A stretch of 64,000 bases of DNA from Octopus vulgaris (Eukaryota): positions 62,186,001-62,250,000 of the forward strand of contig OX597833.1 of assembly GCA_951406725.2 (NCBI GenBank), given 5' to 3'. Shown piece after piece: positions 25,960 to 39,924 of the stretch. How positions within the stretch are numbered: the stretch's first letter is position 1; every line of letters begins with the position of its first letter. The position numbers and the translations under genes were made by a program. The notes beneath the pieces were generated by a model, which was not told the DNA's origin, made no database searches, and worked only from the letters and a program-made list of their open reading frames with translations.

Positions 25960-28651
25960 AATATCTTTTATTGGTTTCAGTTATTTGGTTACAGCCATGC
26001 TGGGGCACTGCTTTGAAGAATTTTAGTCAAATAAATCAACCCCTGTATTTATTTTTTTTTTAAAGCCTGGTACTTATTTGAATGGTCTCTTTTGCTGAAC
26101 TGTTAAGTTATGGGAACACCGTTCAAGCATAGCCATTGCCAGTGCTGCCCGACTGGCTTCTGTGCTGGTGGCATGTAAAAAGTACCATTCAAGTGTGGTT
26201 GTTGCAGGTGCCACCTGACTGGCTCCTGTGCCGGTGTCACGTAAAACGCACCATCTTAACGTGGTCATTGCCAGTGTCACCTGACTGGCCATTGTGCTGG
26301 TAGCATGTAGAAAGCACCCACTACACTCTCAGAGTGGTTGGCGTTAGGAAGAGCATCCAGCTGTAGAAACTCTGCCAGATTAGATTGGAGCTTGGTGCAG
26401 CCTCCTGGCTTGCCAGTCCTCAATCAAACCGTCCAACCCATGCCTGTATGGAAAGTGGATGTGAAACGATGATGATAATGATAAACACATCAACACCAGT
26501 TGGTGTTGGGTGACACACAGACACACATGTGTGTGTGTGTGTGTTATGAAGGACGTCCCGCCATAGAAACCATGCCAATTGGCACCTGGACAGTTCTTTA
26601 GCTGGCCAGCTCCTGTCAAACTGACCAATCCATGCCAACATGGAAAATGGATGTTAAATGATGATGGTGATGATATACAACTGGCTTCTTTCAGTTTCCA
26701 TGTACCAGATCCACTGACAAGGATTTGGTCAGTCTGAGGCTATAGTAGAAGACACTTGCCCAAGGTGCCACACAATGAGATTGAACCCAGAACCATGTGG
26801 TTGGGAAGCAGACTTTTTACCATTCAGCCATGCCATGATTGACATAAACACCAGGAGAAATGCTTAGCTTGTATTTCATCTATCTTTATGTTCTGAGTTC
26901 AAATTCTGCCGAGGTCGACTTTGCCTTTCATCCTTTCGGGGTTGATAAATTAAGTACCAGTTGCATACTGGGATCAATCTAATTGACTTACCCCCCTCCC
27001 CAAACAATTTCGGGCCTTGTACTTAGAGCAGAAAAGATTATTATTAAAGTCAGGAAGCTAGTGGTGTCATTAGCATGCTGGGCAAAATACTTACTGGCCT
27101 TTTATCAATCTGCACAATCTGAGTTCAAATTCCACCGAGGTTGACTTTGCCTTTCATCCTTTGAGGGTCGATAGATTGAGTACCAGTGAAACACTAGGGT
27201 CGATGTAACTGGCTAGTCCCCCTCCCCTCAAATTTCAGGCCTTGTGCCTATAGTAGCTCTTTTTCTTCTTCTTACTGTTATTATTATATATCTGTAACCC
27301 CTAATATTACTGACCGCACAACCACTTGCATATACACGCAAACACCCTTATTCTATCGTTCATGCACATACATACACACACCTTATAGTACACTCACACA
27401 CAGACACTCACTCTTTCTCTCTCTCCCTCTCTCTCTTTCCTTTCTCCTCCCTCCCTTTCTCCCCCCCCCCTTTCTTTGTTTATCTGTCTTTAAAAGTGGA
27501 TCCCATCCAAAAGAGACACATCATCATCATCATCATCATCTTGTGTCCGCTTTCCATGCTAACATGGGTTGGACGGTTCAACTGGGGTCTGTAAAGCCAG
27601 AAGGCTGCATCAGGCCCAGTCTGATCTGGCAATGTTTCTACGGCTGGATGCCCTTCCTAACGCCAACCACTCCGTGAGTGTAGTGGGTGCTTTTTATGTG
27701 CCAGACGAGGCTGGCAAACAGCCACGATCGGATGGTGCTTTTTACGTGCCACTGGCACGGGGGCCAGGCGAGGCTGGCAACGGCCACGATCGGATGGTGC
27801 TTTTTACGTGCCACCGGCACGAGGCCAGTCTGGGCGGCGCTGGCAACGGCCACGATCGGATGGTTCTCTTACGTACCACCAGCACTGGTATCACAGCTGC
27901 AATTTCCATTGATGTTGATGGATATGAGATTAACAGAGAGAGAGAGAGAGTGTGAGAGATGTTAAACACAAACCTAAGCAGAGGTATGGCTGTGTGGTTA
28001 ACCCCTCAAGTCACGGATAAAAAAAGCAAAACTATTTTTTAAATCTTAATTTTTTTATTTATACCAAAATACAGGTAAATAACAGATATTGAGCAAATTT
28101 TTAAAGAATTCAATATTCAATATGCTTAATTTTTGGCAAGGATAAATAAAAAATGTTACTAACACTAGGCAAAGAAATACCAATTTACTTACATCTGTGA
28201 GATTTCTGAGAAGATACAGGCATCTTCTATGACTTGGAAGCAAACACTGAGTCAGAATCACATGGTCTTGGTTAGATATGCATTTTAGAGGTGTACAATG
28301 AATTGGTAAAAGTGACTCAGCTTAATTATCATAATTTATATTTCTTTGGTAATTTATGCTGAAAAATTGTCCAGTATATTGGACAAAGTGACTGAAGGGG
28401 TTAAGAAAACCCGATTCGCAGTCACTGCCTGGTATTTTGGGGGACTTCTGCTAATAATCTTGGACTGACCAGTGTTGTTATTATTAAGGTGGTGGTGAGT
28501 TGGCAGGATGGTGCGTTGGACAAAATGCTTAGAAGTATTTTGTTCATCTCTACATTCAGAGTTCAAATTCCACCTAGGTCCACAGTGCCTTTCATTCTTT
28601 TGGGGTCAGTAAGTGTCAACTGAGCAATGGGGTTGATGTAATTGGCTGTCC

Positions 28652-28748
28652 ATGGCGGTGCCCCACCAAAATGGCAGAGCCCCAGCAAAATGGCGATGCC
28701 CCAGCAAAATGGCAGTGCCCCAGCAAAATGGCAGTGCCCCAGCATGGC
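28652..28748 (+). repeat. 19-bp minisatellite derived from the SINE B tail
   Basis: About five units of ATGGCRGTGCCCCAGCAAA. Confidence 0.9.
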
Positions 28749-30848
28749 CACAGCTCATGAGTTGAAACTAGATGAAATAAAAAAAATGACCAATGCCTGA
28801 AGAGAGAAATTGGAGTGCAAAAATTAGGCGGAAGTTTATCCTCTGTTTGTGTATGCGATTGTGTGTGTCTATGTGTATTGCTTTCCAACCAGATGGTTTC
28901 ATGTTCAATGTTACTGCGTGACACCTTGGGCAGGTGTACTCTATTATAGCCCCAGGCCAACCAAATCCTTGTGAGAAACTGAAGTAGCCCATTGTTTGTG
29001 TGTGTGTGTCTTGCAAGTTTACTTCGTAAACTCACGAGTGCCAGTGGCACAAAAACACACTCAGAGTACTCTGTAAAGGGGTTAGTGTTAGGAAGGGCAT
29101 CCAGCTGTAGAAACCCTGCCAGAGCTGACATTGGAGCTTGCTGTGGCCTTGCAGCTCCCTGGATCCTGTCAAACCAGCTAGCCCATGCTAGTACCATGCT
29201 AGCATGGATATTAAGTGATGATGATGATGATGATATATACATATGTATGAAATCGAAATCAAACTTAGTGACTGGCATCCGTTGCTAGTGGAGCGCTAAG
29301 AGTACCATACGAGTGAGATCGTTGCCAGAGCAACAAGCTGGCCTTTGTACCAATGGCACGTTAAACACACCATTCGAGCGTGATCATTACCGCGTCGCCT
29401 TACTAGCACTTGTGCTGGTAGCATGTGAAACATTCGAGCGAGGTCGTCACCAGTGTCGCTGGACTGGCTCCTGTGCAGGTGGCACATAAAATGCACCATT
29501 TGGGCGTGGTCATTGCCAGTTCCACCAAACTGGCCCTTGTGCCGGTGGCACGTAAAAGCACCCACTACACTCTTGGAGTGGTTGACATTAGGAAAGGCAT
29601 CCAGCTGTAGAAACTCTGCCAGATCAAGATTGGATCCTGGTGCAGCCATCTGGTTCGCCAGCCCTCAGTCAAATCGTCCAACCCATGCTAGCATGGAAAG
29701 CGGACATTAAGTGATGATGATGATGATGCTGTATCTGTGTGTGCGTATGCTTGTGTCTCCTTGTCTTGACATTGCATGGTAGCTGTAAATGAGTGTCACT
29801 GTCATACAAGCAGTGTCGTTCATTTCCAATATTCTGCAAAAAAACATGTCTGGTCATGAGGAAATAAATATTACCTTGCTTTGGAGACAGTTGAGAGTTG
29901 GCAACAGGTAGGGGGTATCCAGCTATAGAAAACCTGACTCGGTAAACTCTGTCCAACCCATGCAGGCATGGAAAAGTGGATGTTAAAGTTCTAGGTGCCA
30001 TTTTAGTACATGTTCTACCTGATCATTTACACTTTAGCACACAGTCTAACCCTAAACCCTATTCCTGACCTTAAACCCTATCCTAATTCTAACTCTAACC
30101 CTAATTCAGATCAACTCATTTCACAGCATAGAATACAGATACTGCAGTGGCCGGCTTGCTAAAGTAGCTTTGCCCATCATGCATGTATACAGGGTATGGC
30201 AGAAGTAACACCCTTTTGTATATGAGTTTTCTAGTTTCTAATTGAGTTGCTTTTTTATTTCTTAAAAGACCATTGTAATGATATGTATGTGTATCTTTGT
30301 CTGTGTTTGTCCCCCACCACTGCTTGACAACCAGTATTGGTGTGTTTACATTTTGGTAACTTACCAGTTTTGGCAAAAGAGACTGATAGAGTAAGTACCA
30401 GGTTTTTAAAAAAAAATGTACTGTGGCCAATTTATTTGACTAAAAATTCTTCAAGTCGAGGCCTCAGCATGGCTGTGGTCTAATGACTGAAACCAGTAAA
30501 AGATAAAAGAATCCAAGGAAACTATACACACACATATATCATCATCATCATCATCATCGTTTAACATCTGTTTTCCATGCTAGCATGGGTTGGACGGTTT
30601 GACCAGGGTCTGGGGACCAGGAGGCTGCACCAGGCTCCAGTCAGATCTGGCAGTGTTTCTACAGCTGGATGCCATTCTTAATGCCAACCATTCTGTGAGT
30701 GTAGAGGGTGCTTTTTACGTGCCACTGGCACAGGTGCCAGGGGAGGCTGGCAACGGCCACGGCCACGATCGGTTGGTGCTTTTTTACGTACCACCGACAC
30801 GGAAGCCAGTCAAGGTGGTGCTGGCATCGACCCCATATACATACATAC

Positions 30849-30898
<50 letters not shown>

Positions 30899-31555
30899 TA
30901 TATTTTCCAGTTTCAGCTCTTGAGCTGTGGCCATGCTGGGGCACCGCCATATATATATATATATGCATGCACACATACACATATGTATATACATATACAC
31001 ACACATGTATATACATGTGTGTGTGTCTCTGTATCAATTTTCTCCTCCCTTATTCGTGTTACGAACACTGGACCGACTGTAAAGCTCCATTCACTCATCT
31101 ACAGTTCCGTATTCACCCGCCACACCACCGACACTTGTAATGTAAAAACAATACTTCTAAGCGAGGCTTTGTTTCTCTGAATACCGAAACACAACACCAC
31201 AACCACCACCACCACCACCACCACCACTGTTCATTGTTTTATTTATTTATTTATTTTGGTTGTTTTTTTTAGTTTCTGTTTTTTTTTTTTAAAATTTTGT
31301 TTTGTTTCGTTTTGTTTGTTTGTTAATGCCAAATGACATCCTGGTTTATATATCCTCACAAGACTATTTATTATTCAGTTTTGTTTTAAAACATTTCACT
31401 AGACACCCCACTTGAAGTGAACTGCTGCTCTTCAGGAATCTAAGCTCTCTCTCTCTCCATCCATCTCCTCCCCTCACTTTTGCTCTCTCCCTCCCTCCAT
31501 CTCCTCCCCCCTCACTTTTGCTCTCTCTCTCTCACGATCATACACACCCACATAT

Positions 31556-31596
<41 letters not shown>

Positions 31597-32573
31597 TGCT
31601 ATGATATCTAAATTTAGACATTTTCCAGGCTAAATTTATATACATCATCATCTCTCTCTCTCTCGCTTTCTCTCTGTTTTCTCCATCCCGTTCTCTCATC
31701 CTCATCTTTTCAAATCATCTTTCACCAGTTAACTCCTTCCTAACTCTCTTGTTTTTCTTTTGCTTTCCTTTCTCTCTCTCTTTCTCTCCCCTACTCCAAT
31801 CCCTCTTTCCCCCTCACTCTCTCCTCCTCTGTCTCTCTCTCTGTCTCTCTCTCCCCACTACTCCAATCACACGTTCCCCCCTCCCCTCCCCCTCTTCACA
31901 TACCATTTATTCATCATATCAGGCGCACAATCATTGTGGTCACGTTCTTGTTGTTGTTGTTGTCGTCGTTGTTGTAGTTGTTAACGAAATCCCTTTGCAA
32001 TGATGTGACGACCAGAGTTTGGTAACTGTAGTGAGGCCCTCATTCTTTAAAAGTGGACCTTATTAAAAGAAGACAATACACACACACACACACGCACATG
32101 CACATCTGCACACATACATACAAATTGAACACACACACACACACAAAAGTTTTGAGTAATTGGTTGTGTTGAAGAGAAAGGGAATAAATGAATGAGAGAG
32201 AGAGAGAGAGAGAAAGGATATGAATAAATGAAAGGGAAAGGAATAATTGGGTGAGAGGGAGAGAGGGGGAGAGCAGGGGAGAGAGAGAAGGAGAGAGAGG
32301 GAGGAGAGAGAGAAAGATAGTGTTTTTTTTTCTTCACACTAACTTTGGCTGACCCCCAAACCTTGTATGTGTAACTGGGAATATGGAAACTATGCAGAAG
32401 CCCAACAGGTGCACTGCATTTGTAACTTAAGGAACCAGCTTTCTCATTGACACACTGCATACTCTGATGCTTTGTTAGAATTACATTAAGTGTACAAGCC
32501 TCTGTGGAATACTCAACCACTTTTTAACTCAACAAGTAGGTCATTCTAGTTATTGAATAACAGGCATACTCAT

Positions 32574-32857
32574 TGCTGAAACAGATTTTGGGCCCACCAT
32601 CATTTAACATCCATTTTCCAAGCTGGCATGGCTTTGGTAGACCCAGGGCTATAATAGAGGACACTTGGTTAAGGTACCACACAATGGGACTGAACTCAGA
32701 ACCATGAGGTTGAATCTGCTGAAACAGATTTTGGGTCTACCATCATTTAACATCCACTTTCCAAGCTGGCATGGTTTTGGTAGACCCAAGGCTATAATAG
32801 AGGACACTAGGCTAAGGTACCACACAATGGGACTGAACTTGGAACCATGAGGTTGAA
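32574..32857 (+). repeat. 143-bp tandem duplication of SINE-derived sequence
   Basis: TGCTGAAACAGATTTTGGG at 32574 and 32717. Confidence 0.85.
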
Positions 32858-33415
32858 GACGCAATCTCCTTGCAACGCAGCCACACTTCATATCTCAAGT
32901 TAATCGTGAACCTTCATTTCAATCTCATTTGTTGGATTAAATCCTTCTTACTGACCAAAGAATACAGTGAGTAGGAATGTGTGTCTGGCGGTGGAGTTTG
33001 CTGAGCTTAGAGCACTGAACCACCAGGATTTTGTTGCTTAACCCTTTAGCATTCAAACCAGCCATATCTGGCCAAAATATTTAACCTGTTTTTTGCCTGG
33101 CTCCTGTGCCGGTGGCACGTAAAAAGCACCATCTGATCGTGGCCATTGCAAGCCTTGCCTGGCCCCCAGACCGGTGGCACGTAAAGAGCACCATCCAACC
33201 GTGGCCGTTTGCCAGCCCCGTCTGGCACCTGTGCCGGTGACACGTAAAAAGCACCCACTACACACACGGAGTGGTTGGCGTTAGGAAGGGCATCCAGCTG
33301 TAGAAACATTGCCAGATCAGACTGGGCCTGGTGCAGCCTTCGGGCTTCCCAGACCCCAGTTGAACCGTCCAACCCATGCTAGCATGGAAAGCGGACGCTA
33401 AACGATGATGATGAT

Positions 33416-33715
33416 CATCGTCATTGTTTGACCGTGGTCGAGACAATGGAATTTACTATGTTACACCTGACTTCACGGTCCATCATAGCATTACGGAGGT
33501 CCTGTTGCTGGATGCCTGTATCCCTGGGGATTACATCATTGTCGTTGACTGTGTGCTACGTATGTCAGTTGATACCATTTCTGGTAAGGGCTTTGAAATA
33601 AAACCTAGAAGTTCCAGACACCCAGCTGAATATTTAACAGACACTGACTTTGCTGACGACATCACTCTTATCAGTGATTCTCTCTCCAATGCCCAGTCTC
33701 TTTTACAGTCTCTTG
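33416..33715. mobile_element. 5'-inverted RTE-like LINE fragment (3' end on minus 33416-33537; RT motif on plus 33535-33715)
   Basis: The minus part matches 12170-12276. The plus part encodes IIVVDCVLRMSVD...YLTDTDFADDITLISDSLSNAQSLLQSLE with the RT FADD motif. Confidence 0.8.
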
Positions 33716-33845
33716 AACCTGTTTTATATTGAAACTGACCAGATCTCGCCTCTCACCCCAGCCCTACAATGTCATTCTAAAACTAAAAAAATCACATCAC
33801 TGGAATCTCTAAACTACAAGATAATGCATGATTAATTCAAACCAT

Positions 33846-34267
33846 GGATCTTTTCAGTTTGAACGGCAGTTTTTTCTAGCGGTGTCATATGAAATTATCA
33901 CCCATAATTATGACCCTAGTATTGATCTATTGCATTTCAATCCGTTTTAGGGTTAGGGTTGGTTAAGGGTTGGGGGAAGGGTATCTTTTTTTTGTTCAGA
34001 AATGTAAATAAACCCAATCTGTTTCTTAAATGAGGGACATATTCATATGGCACAGAATGTTTTCACCTCAATAGACATCATTGATTGGTTGAAATTGCAA
34101 AAATTGAAGATAAAAAGCAACAAATATCTTACAAATTATAGAATTTTCTTAATAAAGCCAAGAGAAAAAGATGTTTTATAAACACATTCTACCAGTATAC
34201 GAAGTTTAAAAGTGTTTAGTTACGTGGAAATTATTTTTAAAAACTGCTGTTCAAACTGAAAAGATCC
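33846..34267. mobile_element. Second copy of the TTAGGG-containing Merlin-like MITE
   Basis: GGATCTTTTCAGTTTGAAC ... GTTCAAACTGAAAAGATCC. 8-bp TSD CAAACCAT / CAACCCAT. Confidence 0.85.
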
Positions 34268-34828
34268 CAACCCATTTTAAATAAACAAACATCACATTTG
34301 ACAGAATAATCTGAACACTAAAGGGTTAAACCCTGATAATTTTTGAATTCGGTTTTCTTTTACCTATCTTTTCGCTTCTCTTGGTAGTTTGTCCTGTACT
34401 TGTCTTCATCGTGACCTTCAACTTATATCCCAAACCTATGTCTTTACTACCCACAAAGGGCTAAACACAGAGATGACAAACAAGGACAGACAGAGGGATT
34501 AAGTCGATTATATCGATCCCAGTGCGTAACTGGTACTTATTTAATCGATCCCGAAAGGATGAAAGGCAAAGTTGACCTCGGTGGAATTTGAACTCAGAAC
34601 GTAGCGGCAGACAAAATATCACTAAGCATTTCGCCCGACGTGCTAATGTTTCTGCCAGCTCACCACCTTCGTGTGTGTATATATATATATATATATACAT
34701 GAGAGTTTGGCGCGCTGTTGGTTGGGGCATTTGAATTATAACGTCGGATGTAATCAATTGAACCACACGCGTATTTATCGTTATGGTAAAATCTGGCGTG
34801 TGATTGAGTGGATTTCATCCAGATAGTC

Positions 34829-34904
34829 TTGGCTGACGAGCTACAAATGGATTATTGTAAGTAATATTACATTTAATTCATTAATAGCGAAACAATTGTC
34901 CCAA
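34829..34904 (+). ncRNA. Type I hammerhead ribozyme motif with extended stem II, inside a ~370 bp insert between (TA)n tracts
   Basis: TTGG CTGACGA GCTA-(41 nt AT-rich hairpin)-TAGC GAAA CAATTG TC CCAA. All core nucleotides are canonical; GUC triplet, predicted cut after 34900. Confidence 0.85.
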
Positions 34905-35063
34905 AATAATCTGTATTTTTGTTATTTTTTATTTGCCCTGTCCGTGTGAGCTAACAGTCGTACTGGCTTTCATGGGAAGCATGTATTTTCGTGGTTGAAA
35001 CCTTTTGGATTAACTGGTGCTAGAGTGATCAATATAGTGACCACTCTCTTATATTTATTTATT

Positions 35064-35102
<39 letters not shown>

Positions 35103-35201
35103 CATATACAAACTCATATACAAACACACACTTGCATACATATTTATATACGGACCACAAACACATACATATATGTGAGTGGTGAGTGCATATATACATA
35201 C

Positions 35202-35253
<52 letters not shown>

Positions 35254-35335
35254 TATCCTGTTGCTGACCTTGACTTTGTTCAATGACCATAATGATGGCA
35301 ATAGCTTGTGCTCAACATTGATCTAATCCTCTCCT

Positions 35336-35367
<32 letters not shown>

Positions 35368-37007
35368 TTGTCTCTCTCTCTCTGTGTTAGTCCATAGACA
35401 GCCTTTGTTTTGTCCATTATAAATATCTCTTCTCTATACCACATCACTTGTGGACATTGACTCCAGCTTACAGCTTAAGAGCACAATATCTTTTATTGGA
35501 GTGTTTGTGGCTGCACTCTTAAACCAGCTGTAAGCTTTGCCAGCCTACATACGTACATGCAGGATGTTTTTACGAGATCCCACTAATGTGGTTGGCTGTT
35601 GGCTGTTGGCTCACAACGATCTCATCCGTCCTTTGACAGGTCTTGTTTTCAGTCCTGCAGAGTGTCCGCAAACATCCTTCTCATCTGACAAGCCAGGTCG
35701 GGTAACTCGTTTATTCGATGACCATCTGACCATGAAACAAGTGGTATTGGGTTACGTATTACCAGCAGCAGGATTTTCCTGGCTTCTTTTGTTTTTTTTT
35801 TAACTTAGCAACCTCGCAGGGGCCCCGCCCAGTACTTGTATGTATTTTTTAAGCTTTGGTATTTATTTTATCAGCTTATTTTTGTCAAAAGGATGTAAAC
35901 ACTGGTTGTCAAGCAGTGGTTGGAGACAAACACAGACACAAAGAATCACACATATAGATATATGTACATACAATGGGCTTCTTTCAGTTTCTTATTTCTT
36001 TATTGCCCACAAGGGGCTAAACACAGGGGACAAACAAGGACAGACAAAGGGATTAAGTCAATTACATCGAACTCCAGTGCATAACTGGTACTGAATTTAT
36101 TGATCCCGAATTTGAACTCAGAACGTAGCGGCAGACGAAATACCTATTTCTTTACTGCCCACAAGGGGCTAAAAACAGAGAGGACAAACAAGGACAGACA
36201 AAGGGATTAAGTCGATTACATCGACCCCAGTGTGTAACTGGTACTTAATTTATCGACCTCGAAAGGATGAAAGGCTAAGTTGACCTTGGTGGAATTTGAA
36301 CTCAGAACGTAGTGACAGGTGAAATACCGCTAAGCATTTCGCCTGGCGTGTTAACGTTTCTGCCAGCTCGCCGCCTTTCAGTTTCTGCCTACTAAATCCA
36401 CTCACATGGGTTTGATCAGCCAGGGCTGTAGTAGAAGACACTTGCTCAAGTTGCCACACAGTAGGGCTGAACTCGGAAGCAGGTGGTTGGGAAGCAAACT
36501 TCTTACTACATGAACCTATATCTCATCATCATCATCATCATCGTTTAACGTCCACTTTCCATGCTAGCATGGGTTGGACGGTTCAACTGGGGTCTGGGAA
36601 GCCCGAAGGCTGCACCAGGCTCCAGTCTGATCTGGCAATGTTTCTACGGCTGGGTGCCCTTCCTAACGCCAACCACTCCGTGAGTATAGTGGGTGCTTTC
36701 TACGTGCCACCGGCACAGGTGCCAGATGAGGCTGGCAACGGCCAGGATCGGATGGTGATTTTTACGTGCCACCGGCACAGAGGCCAGGCGATGTGGCGCT
36801 GGCTACGGCTACATTCGGATGGTTCTCTTATGTGCCACCGGCACTGACAAGCTTCTTTCATTTTCCATTTACCAAGTCCATTCATAAGGCTTTGGTCAAC
36901 CTGGGACTAGAGTAGAAGACACTTGCCCAAGGTGTCATACAGTGGGACTGAACCCAGAACCATGTGGTTGGGAAGCAAACTTCTTAACCACACAGCTACA
37001 CCTCTGC

Positions 37008-37057
<50 letters not shown>

Positions 37058-38792
37058 TACACACAAAGTAAGTTAGTAGAGGCATGAATATCCTAGTAGC
37101 ATGCTTGTACAGACAAATGATTGGTAGATCAATTCATTTCCACGGCTACAATTTTACCTGTATTTGCTCCAAAAGCATTGATTAAAAACTGTCATCAATT
37201 TAGCAGCAACACCTGTTGTCTCTAATGCCACCACTTCAAAGAGACATGCGAAGCAGTTACGCGTACTAACACGACTTTGCCACCTCCCAGGCATTGTTGC
37301 AACGCTCACCTGAAGAACCATGGCCTCCAAACTGTAGCTGTCTGCGAAAGAGTTTGGTGACGAGAGGCCTGACCAGTGGTCATTCGTTGGTGTGAGTGTG
37401 GCGGGTGAAAGGAAAACTATGTGTACTTGTTGTCATATTCTGTAATACCACTAAGTTCCTAATGACCTTGACTGAGCTTAAATTATCTCGTAGACAGAGG
37501 TTAAAAGCCTATTCTTGTTGCTAATTGATCTATTCTTCTCTACCTTCGTTAATAATCTTCGTTAATCCCGATCGACCTGTTCATGTAAATGTTTCAAGTT
37601 GTATTTACTATTCTTGTTAATTCAGCAATTCTTTCATAAAACTGACATTGATCCTTCCTGGCTGCTTAACGAGGATTATACTAATTACTATAAATTAATT
37701 CATTCTCTCAAGAACAACAATGATTTCTTTCCCTGCTTTTATATTCTCTTAATTTTTCTTCAGATTTTCTTTTTTGTTGTTTTTACCAAAATATTTTCAT
37801 TCTTTACATATTTTTTTTTTTCATATTACCTTAAAAAACTCATTTTATTTGTTAATTACTTTTCTATTATTTAATTACATAATTGTATTGGCTGTGGTGC
37901 TGAGAGTAGGTAGCTAATTTGATTATGTAAAGGTTTTGGTGGTAGCAGAGGGGTATGGAAATAATTTGACCAAGGAGGCATGGCTGAGTGGTAAGAACTT
38001 TGCTTCCCAACCACATGGTTCTGGGTTCAGTCCCATTGTATGGCACTTTAGGTAAGTGTCTTCTACTATAGCACTGGGCTGACCAAAGCCTTGTGAGTGG
38101 ATTTAGTAGATGGAAACTCTTTTGTCTGTTTCCTCATTATGACCAAAAAGTCACAATCATCATCGTTTAAAGTCCGCTTTCCTTGCTGGCATGGGTTGGA
38201 CGATTTTGACCGAGGACTGGCGAACCAGATGGCTGCACCAGGTTCCAATCTTGATCTGGCAGAGTTTCTACAGCTGGATGCCCTTCCGAATGCCAACCAC
38301 TCCGAGAGTGTAGTGGGTGCTTTTTACATGCCACAGGCACGGGGGCCAGTCAGGCGATGCTGGCAACAACCTCGCTCAAATCTTTTTACACATGCTACCG
38401 GCACAGGTGCCAGTAAGGCGACACTGGTAACAATCACACTCGAATGGTGCTTTTTACGTGCCACCAGCACAGAAGCCAGTTAGCTGCTCTGGCAACGATC
38501 ATGCTCGGATGTTACCCTTGACATCCTACTAGCACAGGCACAGGTGCCAGTAAGGCGACGCTGGTAACGATCACACTCGAATGGTGCCTTTTATGTGCCA
38601 CTGGCATGGAAGCCAGTTAGCTGCTCTGTCTACGATCACACTCATATGGTTCTCTTTGCACCCTGCTAGCACGGATACCAGTCATGGAATTTGATTTTGA
38701 TTTGGTACTGTCTTTAACCTTTTAGCACTCAGATTATTCTGTCATATGTGATATTTATTTATTCACATTGTTTTGAATAAATTAAGCCTGTC

Positions 38793-38823
<31 letters not shown>

Positions 38824-39052
38824 ATATATATTAGGGAATATATATATATATATATATATAAAATAATTAGAGAACTGAGTAGTTGAATGAATTATCTTAC
38901 TTATGGATAATTCGGTTAACTCTAATAATATTTTATTATATATATATATAAATAACTGATACCTACCTGGGTAGCAAATTCACGTCAGAAAAACACGGTT
39001 GAAACTACATGCCTAGGGCAGAGATCACGTGCTATCGTGTAGAAATTTGTGT

Positions 39053-39112
<60 letters not shown>

Positions 39113-39924
39113 TATGATATTTCTAATATTTTTGGTTTGTGGTTTTGAGCAACTTGTTGCAATTAACCCTTTATTATAATTAATATAATCCTTACCAAAT
39201 ATGGTCATTTTCATACTGAAAAAACTACTAGGTGAAATTTATTAATTTTATTAAATTAATTATATTTCACCCTTTATGTGTATTATATATATATATATGT
39301 ATGTATATATGTATGTAAATATATCTATGTGTGTGTGTCTTTGAATCTGTGTTTGTCCTCCCCATCACTGCTTGACTACCAGTGTTGGTGATTCTATGTT
39401 CCCCTGTAACCTAGCAGTTCAGCAAAAGAGTCCAATAGAATGAGTACCAGGCTTAAAAAATAAATCCTAGGGTTGGTTCATTTGAATGAAAAATCAAGGT
39501 GGTGCCCCAGCTTAGCCGCAGTCTAACGACAAACAATTTAAAAAGAACAAAAAGACCTATATACACATCTTGTATTTTCTGGCATAGGGGTCAATATAAT
39601 AATATATAACGTAAATATTCAAAGACCATCACTAACTTTCCAAACGCTGCTGCTGTTTCCCATGGAATTTTTGGTCTTGCTACTAAGTCATATCAGTGTA
39701 TAAGACATATTACCTTTTCTGGGTGTAAATTGATTTGTAGGCTGGACAATACGATGTTTAAATTATGTATGCTTATACACGTGTGTATGCATGTATGTGT
39801 ATGTAAGTATATGTGTGCATGCATGTTTGTGTGGGTCTATATGTATATATATATATATAAATTCAGGGTGAAGCTTGAAACACGTGTACCGCGACATCCG
39901 TTGTGTTCTGTTTTTTATTTCATT

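Larger units (their letters stand above)
33038..34328. mobile_element. piggyBac-type MITE split by nested insertions
   Basis: TTAA|CCCTTTAGCATTC ... CTAAAGGG|TTAA termini. Related copies at ~24270-24496, ~43983-44186 and ~63099-63728 (the last with SINE B inside). Confidence 0.75.

Noticed and set aside
27520-27920. Repeat-spacer appearance and tracrRNA-like GGTGCTTTTT in family C
   Set aside because: The apparent spacers are homologous to each other, the array is embedded in a dispersed (GAT)n-tailed eukaryotic element, and no cas genes are present.
27569-27955. Recurrent peptide FLQLDALPNANHSESVVGAF in many ORFs
   Set aside because: It is a reading of the family C core. Frames, starts and stops are inconsistent among copies.
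30045-30105. Telomere-like CTAACCCT repeats
   Set aside because: Short and highly degenerate; no evidence of a chromosome end or fusion.
37306-37360. TCAC CTGAAGA ... GAAA ... GTGA
   Set aside because: No closing stem II or stem III; likely chance.
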